7,722 nt of DNA from a virus. Its lineage: Duplodnaviria; Heunggongvirae; Uroviricota; Caudoviricetes. Shown here piece after piece: positions 1 to 6,049 of this stretch (within the stretch, counting starts at the first letter, position 1; every line of letters begins with the position of its first letter). The notes below the pieces were generated by a model. That model did no database searches. It was not told where the DNA came from and worked only from the letters and a program-made list of their open reading frames with translations. The stretch lies in IMG/VR virus record IMGVR_UViG_3300014846_000039. One strand, written 5' to 3'. Made by a program: the position numbers and the translations under genes.

Positions 1-426
1 ACGCTGGCGGTGGTAACCGCAACGGGGCGGCTGGCACGCGTTAATCAGAACGGTAAATTTCGTTACTGCATGCCGGGGGGTAATTTACCAGCAGATCCGA
101 AAACCGCGCCGGTAACGGAAAATGATGGTAAGGCCTTTCCTCAGCCAGCAGGTGCTGCGTTACCAGTCCGGGAAGCCGCAACACAGGAAGAAATTAAAAC
201 AGAAACTGTGGCGGACATTGTGCAGCCGTTGCCATCGTTTACCGAAACGCAAGCAGATGAGCTGATTTTTCCGTCCCTTCGCAGGGCAAACCTGGCGCTG
301 CGCAGGGCGAAAAGTGATGTTCAGAAGTGGGAGCGAGTCTGCGCCGCGCTGCGGGAGCTGAACAAGCACCGGGATATTGTTCGACAGATTACTGATTCTT
401 CCCGCCGTGTTGTATCGGAAAAGTGA
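1..426 (+). CDS. Hypothetical phage protein, 3' portion only (5' end lies upstream of the window)
   Basis: Frame 1 is open from nt 1 to TGA at 424-426 with no in-window upstream stop; the GTG at 10 in the ORF track is probably an internal codon. No motif recognised. Followed by a well-placed RBS and start of the next gene. Confidence 0.5.
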   Translation, partial: TLAVVTATGRLARVNQNGKFRYCMPGGNLPADPKTAPVTENDGKAFPQPAGAALPVREAATQEEIKTETVADIVQPLPSFTETQADELIFPSLRRANLALRRAKSDVQKWERVCAALRELNKHRDIVRQITDSSRRVVSEK

Positions 427-441
427 TTGCCGGAGGCGCTT

Positions 442-867
442 ATGGCAAAAGTATTTACACAAGAAGAGCGGGAAAAAATTAAAGGGCAGGTTGTTGAACT
501 TGTACGTCTGAGCGGTCGCGAGACGTTGCGGCAACTGGAAGCCAAGACAGGTGCGACAAGATATCTGATGAGTGTTCTCGCCAGAGAGCTGGTTGCCAGT
601 GGCGATGTATACAACTCTGGTTACGGGTTATTCCCGTCTGAACAGGCGCGTAAGGACTGGCAAAATGCTCGCAAAAAACTCTCAAGGGCAAAGGTGAAGA
701 AACCTGCAGTGGTTGATCCGGACCTTATCTGGTCGTTACCAGACGGCGAAATACGCCGCTACGACAGGCGCCTGAACATAATCTGTCGCGAGTGCCGGAA
801 GAGCGAAGCTATGCAGCGTGTACTGGCATTTTATCAAGGAAATGTTAGGTATTTTAGACGTTACTAG
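442..867 (+). CDS. Hypothetical prophage protein (about 141 aa)
   Basis: ATG at 442 preceded by GGAGG at 432-436 (5-nt spacing); ORF track lists 427..867 from a TTG, but the ATG with this RBS is the more plausible start. Stop TAG 865-867. No family recognised. Confidence 0.55.
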   Translation: MAKVFTQEEREKIKGQVVELVRLSGRETLRQLEAKTGATRYLMSVLARELVASGDVYNSGYGLFPSEQARKDWQNARKKLSRAKVKKPAVVDPDLIWSLPDGEIRRYDRRLNIICRECRKSEAMQRVLAFYQGNVRYFRRY

Positions 868-1020
868 ATTAAAGAGCATTAGTTCAGATGTGAATTGACA
901 TTTTCATGGCGCAGGGTAGAGCCAGCGTGGTTGTCCGCTTTGCGTCAAAACCAGATATTACCAGATTTAGACATATATTCCCGATAGCCCTGCTCTGATG
1001 CTACACTCTGTGCTATTTTC

Positions 1021-1707
1021 ATGACCCCAATAAAAATATTTATGACTATTGCTGATTTCAAACGGCCTAAATTGGAGCTCCCAAACGGGGCAAACAAACT
1101 ACTACTGCACTCTTGCTGTGCTCCATGTTCCGGTGAAGTGATGGAGGCGCTTCAGGCCTCGGGAATCGACTACACCATCTTTTTCTACAACCCGAACATT
1201 CATCCTCAGAAAGAGTATTTAATTCGTAAGGATGAAAATATTCGCTTTGCTGAACAACACGGCGTGCCGTTTATCGATGCTGATTACGACACCGACAACT
1301 GGTTTGAACGTGCCAAAGGAATGGAATGGGAGCCTGAGAGGGGGATCCGTTGTACCATGTGTTTTGACATGCGTTTTGAGCGGACAGCGTTGTACGCTGC
1401 TGAAAATGGTTTCAGTGTGATCAGCAGTTCACTGGGCATTTCACGCTGGAAAAATATGCAGCAGGTTAACGAGTGTGGGCGGCGAGCTGTTGCGCATTAT
1501 CCGGGTATGGTGTACTGGGATTATAACTGGCGCAAGCAGGGCGGCTCGTCCCGTATGATTGAAATCAGCAAGCGCGAAAAATTCTATCAGCAGGAATATT
1601 GTGGCTGTGTGTATTCTCTGCGCGATACCAATCTACACCGCAAATCTCAGGGACGCCCTCTTATCAAAATTGGCCAACTCCACTACGGAAAAGAAGAGAA
1701 GGAGTGA
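1021..1707 (+). CDS. queH: Epoxyqueuosine reductase QueH-like protein (DUF208 family)
   Basis: 228-aa ORF with the N-terminal [11 protein letters not shown] cysteine motif and further conserved Cys (CTMCFD, CGC) that I associate with DUF208/QueH. No obvious Shine-Dalgarno before 1021; in-frame alternative start ATG at 1042. Assignment by motif memory only. Confidence 0.6.
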   Translation: MTPIKIFMTIADFKRPKLELPNGANKLLLHSCCAPCSGEVMEALQASGIDYTIFFYNPNIHPQKEYLIRKDENIRFAEQHGVPFIDADYDTDNWFERAKGMEWEPERGIRCTMCFDMRFERTALYAAENGFSVISSSLGISRWKNMQQVNECGRRAVAHYPGMVYWDYNWRKQGGSSRMIEISKREKFYQQEYCGCVYSLRDTNLHRKSQGRPLIKIGQLHYGKEEKE

Positions 1708-1945
1708 TTTTATGGATCACCTTTCTGATTGATTTCATATTGGCGAGGTGACGTGAGTTAAGTAGAATGGCTGCGGGGGGCTTGAGGCTATCTGTCTCAG
1801 GCATGAACACTGAAAGGCAGATAGAGAAAAGCCCCAGTTAACATTTCGCGTCCTGCAAGACGCTTAACATTAATCTGAGGCCCAATCTATGTCTCACAAA
1901 TGTAGGTTAGCCTCTTACGTGCCGAAAGGCAAGGGGAAGCAGGCT

Positions 1946-2209
1946 ATGAAGCAGCAAAAGGCGATGTTAATCGCCCTGATCGTCATCTGTTTAACCGTCA
2001 TTGTGACGGCACTGGTAACGAGGAAAGACCTCTGCGAGGTACGAATCCGAACCGGCCAGACGGAGGTCGCTGTCTTCACAGCTTTGCCAGGCATCCTCAA
2101 CGCACCCGCACTTAACCCGCTTCGGCGGGTTTTTGCATTAGTCTGGTTGACAAAAATAGAAAAATGCGAAAATATGTGGTTTACGAATTCTAAAAAAAGC
2201 GAAACTTGA
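1946..2209 (+). CDS. hokD: Hok/Gef-family membrane toxin, HokD(RelF)-like for the first 46 codons, with replaced and extended 3' end (possible pseudogene or variant)
   Basis: ATG 1946 with SD AAGGGGA at 1931-1937. Residues 1-46 (MKQQKAMLIALIVICLTVIVTALVTRKDLCEVRIRTGQTEVAVFTA) match HokD/RelF as I remember it; canonical Hok proteins are about 50 aa, but here the frame runs on to TGA 2207-2209 (87 aa) through a terminator hairpin and a promoter-like sequence. The ORF-track start at 1889 is in frame but upstream of the SD-supported ATG. Confidence 0.65.
   Translation: MKQQKAMLIALIVICLTVIVTALVTRKDLCEVRIRTGQTEVAVFTALPGILNAPALNPLRRVFALVWLTKIEKCENMWFTNSKKSET
2115..2134 (+). repeat. Direct repeat copy 1 (acccgcttcggcgggttttt), identical to 3950-3969
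   Basis: Exact 20-nt identity read directly from the sequence. Confidence 0.85.
2116..2134 (+). terminator. Rho-independent terminator-like hairpin (5-bp GC stem cccgc/gcggg, TTCG tetraloop, T5 run)
   Basis: Stem 2116-2120 pairs with 2125-2129, loop ttcg 2121-2124, T-run 2130-2134; lies inside the extended hok frame and just upstream of the cassette promoter-like element. Confidence 0.55.
2147..2176 (+). promoter_or_regulatory. Putative sigma70 promoter for the cassette (perfect -35 TTGACA, weak AT-rich -10)
   Basis: TTGACA at 2147-2152; about 17 nt downstream an AT-rich -10 candidate (aaatat 2170-2175); 35 nt before ATG 2211. The -10 is poor, so low confidence. Confidence 0.3.
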
Positions 2210-2210
2210 A

Positions 2211-2861
2211 ATGAATGAAAATCAGTTAGCTCCTTGTTGGGAATTTCAACCTTATCTTGCTGAAAACTATGTTCGCCACTTGTTGGCGGAGATCGCTAAC
2301 GTACTTGAGCAGCTGTACTATCATAAGCACGCATTAGACAGCAACTGGTCTGAAGGTGTAAGGGCTTATGATTGGGTCAGAAATCATCTTATTCAAAATG
2401 AAGATGCAATTCCTGGCCTTGAGATGATTTCCAAGGGGTTGGACTATGTAGTTGCTTTAAATAAAGTTCCGCTACAATTTACCAAAGATTGCATTAATAA
2501 CCCCAAAAAGAAACATCGTCTGCGTCGAAATAAAGTAGAGTATGAGCAGCTCTCATTGTTTGGTGATGTTGAGGCTGAGCAAGATATTACATGGCGAGTC
2601 ATAGCTGAGCCTTTTTTATCCGAAGAGGGCGATGGTGAATTAGAGTCCACACTGCCTCGTTGGGAGGTAGCTCTTGTTGGATTTAATACTTATGGTGCTC
2701 AGATTAGTATAGTTTCTCATCAATCTACAGCATCGATGCCGCTTATGCCTCTTGATTATAACACACTCCCTGACGAAGCGGAGATTAATAAGGTGCCTCT
2801 TCGTCGGCGTACGAAGGATAAAGATTTGGATGTGAGCAGTGATGGAACATCAGGTGAATAA
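2211..2861 (+). CDS. Hypothetical protein, 216 aa, no recognisable family; first gene of the inserted cassette
   Basis: ATG 2211, TAA 2859-2861; overlaps the downstream gene by 20 nt (operon-like). AT-rich codon usage (hand-counted samples about 33-38% G+C versus about 50% in flanking genes). No clear SD. Acidic protein with two basic patches (NPKKKHRLRRNK, VPLRRRTKDKD); no TM segment or catalytic motif recognised. Confidence 0.6.
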   Translation: MNENQLAPCWEFQPYLAENYVRHLLAEIANVLEQLYYHKHALDSNWSEGVRAYDWVRNHLIQNEDAIPGLEMISKGLDYVVALNKVPLQFTKDCINNPKKKHRLRRNKVEYEQLSLFGDVEAEQDITWRVIAEPFLSEEGDGELESTLPRWEVALVGFNTYGAQISIVSHQSTASMPLMPLDYNTLPDEAEINKVPLRRRTKDKDLDVSSDGTSGE

Positions 2862-3945
2862 CTTCACTGAGTATCGGGGTGATAAGCTCAAACTAGCGAG
2901 AATGGCTGTTGGGCTTTCTTGTGAAGAGTTAGCCGAAAAAATTGGCAAGACAAAGCAATTCGTTAGCAAACTGGAGAAGGGGTGCAGGCCATCGGAGCAA
3001 TGTCTTGAGTTAATATCTTCAGCGCTTATGATTAAGTCCAGTTTTCTTTTTACTGAACGAAAATACGCTCTGGAAAGTGATGTCTGCCATTTTCGGAGTA
3101 AGAAGTCCAGGACTCAAACGCTGACTAATAGTGTATTGGCCAGGGCTGAGATTCTTAATATTATAATTTCTGCTGTTGAAGGTGAAATCGAATTTCCTGA
3201 CGTTAACATACCGGAGCACCCAGGGGCTGAATTACTTACTCCGAATGATATTGAGCGAGTGGCAGAAGATTGTCGCCGTGCCTGGAATTTAGGTCTTGGC
3301 CCTATATCATCAATGGTTAAATTGGCGGAGAGTTTAGGGGTAATCGTTGCGCATGTTACGGGAGTCGATGATCGTGTTGATGCTTTTACTGTTCACAATA
3401 ACAGGCCTGTTATCATCAGGAACAATGTTAAAAAAAGCATATGTAGATTTCGCTCTGATTTAGGTCATGAATTAGGGCATTTAGTAATGCATGAGGGCAT
3501 AACGACAGGTGATAAACTTACGGAATCACAAGCCGATCACTTTTCGAGCGCCTTATTAGTTCCCAGGTTATCTTTCATTAAAGAATTTCCACGAATACGA
3601 GGTAAGCAATTCGACTGGAATGCTCTGGTTGAATTTAAACTTAGATGGAAAATCAGCCTTAAAATGTGTATTTATCGAGCCAGCGCATTAGGCTTATTGA
3701 CCCAGGAACAGGCAAGAACTGGCTATATGCATCTTAATTCCAGAGGGTATACGAGAGTTGAACCTGGTGATGAACTTTTGCGCCCTGAAGAACCCGGCAT
3801 GCTGGCCGAGGCGATTGAAATGCTGGATGATGCAACCTGGCTAAGAATTCTTATGAAAACTGGCTTGAGCCAAGATTTAATTCGTGAGTTGTTCTCCATC
3901 AACAGACCTATTACAAATCCAAGAAATATTTTCCAGATTGTTTGA
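2842..3945 (+). CDS. HTH_XRE DNA-binding domain fused to ImmA/IrrE-family (COG2856, M78-like) zinc metallopeptidase, with a C-terminal extension of about 110 aa
   Basis: N-terminal XRE-type HTH (LKLARMAVGLSCEELAEKIGKTKQFVSKLEKG); HEXXH zinc motif HELGH encoded at 3466-3480; downstream third-ligand motif typical of ImmA/IrrE (ESQADHFSSALLVP). ORF track starts at GTG 2839; the adjacent ATG at 2842 is preferred. Stop TGA 3943-3945, followed immediately by a terminator. Confidence 0.8.
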   Translation: MEHQVNNFTEYRGDKLKLARMAVGLSCEELAEKIGKTKQFVSKLEKGCRPSEQCLELISSALMIKSSFLFTERKYALESDVCHFRSKKSRTQTLTNSVLARAEILNIIISAVEGEIEFPDVNIPEHPGAELLTPNDIERVAEDCRRAWNLGLGPISSMVKLAESLGVIVAHVTGVDDRVDAFTVHNNRPVIIRNNVKKSICRFRSDLGHELGHLVMHEGITTGDKLTESQADHFSSALLVPRLSFIKEFPRIRGKQFDWNALVEFKLRWKISLKMCIYRASALGLLTQEQARTGYMHLNSRGYTRVEPGDELLRPEEPGMLAEAIEMLDDATWLRILMKTGLSQDLIRELFSINRPITNPRNIFQIV

Positions 3946-3949
3946 GTAT

Positions 3950-3969
3950 ACCCGCTTCGGCGGGTTTTT
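3950..3969 (+). repeat. Direct repeat copy 2 (acccgcttcggcgggttttt), identical to 2115-2134
   Basis: Exact 20-nt identity read directly from the sequence. Confidence 0.85.
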
Positions 3970-3970
3970 T
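3951..3970 (+). terminator. Rho-independent terminator (cccgc / TTCG loop / gcggg, T6 run) ending the cassette
   Basis: Stem 3951-3955 / 3960-3964, loop 3956-3959, T-run 3965-3970; 5 nt after the stop codon of the peptidase gene. Confidence 0.6.
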
Positions 3971-3989
3971 GTTTTTATTTTCAACGTGT

Positions 3990-4019
3990 TTGAAGTTTTG
4001 GACGGTGCCAGAATAGAAT
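3990..4019 (+). promoter_or_regulatory. Putative promoter (TTGAAG, 18-nt spacer, TAGAAT) upstream of the small ORFs
   Basis: -35-like TTGAAG 3990-3995 and -10-like TAGAAT 4014-4019; sequence-only guess. Confidence 0.25.
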
Positions 4020-4054
4020 CAAAAATACTTAAGTAGCGCGCAGGGAGAAGAGGG

Positions 4055-4276
4055 ATGGACCCCGAACAGGGGGAGTGCTATTTATCTGGAAGGATTCTGT
4101 TGATGAAAATCGAAGAATTACGTGAAATTTTTAGTGAAGATGGCCTCTATGCTGTGCGCGTTGAGAATGGGGGTATTACCTACACAGCGTTAATTCCTGA
4201 TGATCATGTAGTGTTATCTGTTGAGGCATTCATTGAATACTTGGAAAGACTCGGTTTCAAGGTAGTTCGGGAATAA
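4055..4276 (+). CDS. Hypothetical small phage protein (73 aa; 57 aa if started at ATG 4103)
   Basis: ATG 4055 preceded by purine-rich GGGAGAAGAGGG (4043-4054); alternative ATG 4103 preceded by GGAAGGA (4088-4094). Stop TAA 4274-4276. No family recognised. Confidence 0.5.
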   Translation: MDPEQGECYLSGRILLMKIEELREIFSEDGLYAVRVENGGITYTALIPDDHVVLSVEAFIEYLERLGFKVVRE

Positions 4277-4335
4277 GTTATAATACGTGAGCCAGCCTGA
4301 ACAACTGGCACCTGCTGCGCCAGCAGAGACAACCG

Positions 4336-4608
4336 ATGGCGCACAATACCAAACACCACAATTCTGATGCCGACCCTGCCAGCAGACACGGACGGCGCTC
4401 TCACGCATTCAAATATGACTGGTACCAGCATGACCAATGCACTGAAGAACAGGCCGAGTGGCTGATTCAGAATTACCGCAGACGTGGATACCAGTTTCAG
4501 AAAGGCCTCAGTCCTGACTTCCGACACTGGATAATTTCCGTCAGGCTCCCTTATTCCGAACGCCCGCCGCGTCCGTCCCGCACATATCAGCAACGCATCT
4601 GGAGGTAA
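4336..4608 (+). CDS. Hypothetical small basic protein (90 aa)
   Basis: ORF from the track; no clear SD; its stop TAA 4606-4608 is embedded in the RBS/start of the next gene, suggesting coupling. Positionally analogous to the small gene (rem) that I recall between hokD and ydfU in the K-12 Qin prophage, but the sequence was not recognised. Confidence 0.4.
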   Translation: MAHNTKHHNSDADPASRHGRRSHAFKYDWYQHDQCTEEQAEWLIQNYRRRGYQFQKGLSPDFRHWIISVRLPYSERPPRPSRTYQQRIWR

Positions 4609-4609
4609 C

Positions 4610-5668
4610 GTGCGGGTATTACTTCGACCTGTTCTGGTACCGGAACTCAGTCTGGTTATCGTTAAGCCAGGCCGTGAATCAATGTCAGTATTCCATAACG
4701 GCAGAATATTGGTGGAACCGGAACCCAAAAACATGCGCAGTCTTCCGTCCGGCGTCGTTGCAGCCGTTAGCCAGCCGTTGGCTGAGGATAAAACATTACT
4801 ACCATTTTTCAGCGATGAGCGGGTAATTCGTGCAGCAGGTGGTGCAGGTGCACTGTCTGACTGGTTATTACGTCACGTGAAATCCTGCCAGTGGCCACAC
4901 GGCGATTATCATCACAGCGAAACAGTCATTCACCGTTACGGTACCGGCGCGATGGTGTTGTGCTGGCACTGTGACAACCAGCTGCGCAACCAGACATCAG
5001 AATCACTCGATCAACTTGCTCAGCAGAATCTGGTTGCCTGGATGATTGACGTCATCCGTCACGCAATAAGCGGTACGCAGGAGAGGGAGTTATCGCTGGC
5101 CGAATTATCCTGGTGGGCGGCCTGCAATCAGGTGGTGGATGCACTACCTGAGGCAGTAGCGCGTCGTTCGCTGGGATTACCGGTGGAAACAATCCGCTCC
5201 GTATACCGTGAGAGTGACATCGTACCGGGAGAACAGACAGCCATCAGCATACTGAAGCAGCGCACAAAAAATATTGCGCTTCCACTTCACGTCCACCAGC
5301 AACAGCCCCCACCCCAGGAAAAGACGTTAGTAAGCATCGCCGTTGATCCGGAGTCTCCGGCTCAGTACCTCCAGCGCCAGAAACCACAACGGGAAGAGAT
5401 GCCTGTATACACGCGCTGGGTAAAAACGCAGAAATGCATGACGTGCGGTAATCAGGCAGATGATCCGCATCACATCATTGGTCATGGACTGGGAGGGATG
5501 GGAACAAAGGCTGACGATTTGTTTGTTATTCCGTTGTGCCGTAAATGCCATAACAAACTACATGCCGGAGTAAAAGATTTTGAAGAAAAACACGGCAGTC
5601 AGCTGTTGTTGCTGATTCGTTTTTTAATGCACGCGAGAAATTCGGGTGTTCTGAAGTGGAAAGCATAA
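4610..5668 (+). CDS. DUF968-family prophage protein (YdfU-like) with C-terminal HNH-like Cys/His motif
   Basis: GTG 4610 preceded by GGAGG 4601-4605; alternative ATG at 4682. C-terminus carries CMTCGNQADDPHHIIGHGLGG...CRKCHNKLH, a Cys/His pattern I associate with DUF968/HNH-like zinc-binding. Stop TAA 5666-5668 directly abuts the rusA ATG. Confidence 0.65.
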   Translation: MRVLLRPVLVPELSLVIVKPGRESMSVFHNGRILVEPEPKNMRSLPSGVVAAVSQPLAEDKTLLPFFSDERVIRAAGGAGALSDWLLRHVKSCQWPHGDYHHSETVIHRYGTGAMVLCWHCDNQLRNQTSESLDQLAQQNLVAWMIDVIRHAISGTQERELSLAELSWWAACNQVVDALPEAVARRSLGLPVETIRSVYRESDIVPGEQTAISILKQRTKNIALPLHVHQQQPPPQEKTLVSIAVDPESPAQYLQRQKPQREEMPVYTRWVKTQKCMTCGNQADDPHHIIGHGLGGMGTKADDLFVIPLCRKCHNKLHAGVKDFEEKHGSQLLLLIRFLMHARNSGVLKWKA

Positions 5669-6049
5669 ATGACCGAACGCATAGAATTTGTTTTGCCTTA
5701 CCCGCCGACGGTGAACACTTACTGGCGACGCCGTGGCAGCACATATTTTGTATCAAAAGCCGGGGAGCGTTATCGCCGGGCAGTGGCGCTTATTGTTCGC
5801 CAGCAGCGGCTGAAATTAAGCCTGTCCGGAAGGTTGGCAATAAAAATTATTGCAGAACCACCGGATAAGCGCCGCCGTGACCCGGACAATATTCTGAAAG
5901 CGCCGCTGGATGCGCTGACGCATGCGGGGTTGCTAATGGACGATGAGCAGTTTGATGAAATCAATATCGTTCGTGCTCAGCCAGTATCTGGTGGACGTCT
6001 GGGGGTGAAGATTTACCCCATAATGCTTGAAGGGCAGGTCAAAAAATGA
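5669..6049 (+). CDS. rusA: Holliday-junction resolvase RusA family
   Basis: 126-aa ORF with RusA-like blocks (LPYPPTVNTYWRR; DKRRRDPDNILKAPLDALTHAGLLMDDEQ; GGRLGV) comparable to E. coli RusA. Stop overlaps the next start (ATGA at 6046-6049). Confidence 0.85.
   Translation: MTERIEFVLPYPPTVNTYWRRRGSTYFVSKAGERYRRAVALIVRQQRLKLSLSGRLAIKIIAEPPDKRRRDPDNILKAPLDALTHAGLLMDDEQFDEINIVRAQPVSGGRLGVKIYPIMLEGQVKK

Noticed and set aside
424-444. First two ORFs are in the same frame separated by a single TGA (possible readthrough or nonsense-interrupted single gene)
   Set aside because: A strong GGAGG RBS followed by ATG 442 sits right after the stop, which is better explained as two coupled genes; same-frame arrangement happens by chance one time in three.
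160-691. Minus-strand ORFs 160..534, 321..614 and 479..691
   Set aside because: They overlap + strand genes that have RBS support and lie in a uniformly + oriented operon; most likely antisense frames open by chance.
868-1020. Looked for a tRNA or promoter in the 153-nt gap before the QueH-like gene
   Set aside because: No tRNA-like T-arm or acceptor pairing seen; TTGACA at 895-900 lacks a matching -10 at proper spacing, so no promoter is called.
1232-1420. 62-aa + strand ORF inside the QueH-like gene in another frame
   Set aside because: Fully embedded in a longer ORF with recognisable motifs; no RBS.
1889-1945. Upstream in-frame ATG at 1889 extending hok by 19 codons
   Set aside because: The SD-supported ATG at 1946 matches the canonical Hok N-terminus (MKQQK...); the upstream extension is probably leader sequence.
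1915-2100. Minus-strand 61-aa ORF antisense to hok
   Set aside because: Antisense to a recognisable toxin gene; no support beyond being open.
2444-3219. Minus-strand ORFs 2444..2650 and 3019..3219 inside the cassette
   Set aside because: Embedded antisense to the two cassette genes; AT-rich sequence gives chance open frames.
4279-4284. Perfect TATAAT hexamer just after the 73-aa ORF stop
   Set aside because: No acceptable -35 element at 16-18 nt spacing; likely chance occurrence.
4204-4734. Minus-strand ORFs 4204..4734 (176 aa) and 4214..4408
   Set aside because: Overlap three + strand ORFs including the coupled start of the DUF968 gene; would be the only minus-strand gene in the window and has no recognisable motif. 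Not fully excluded.
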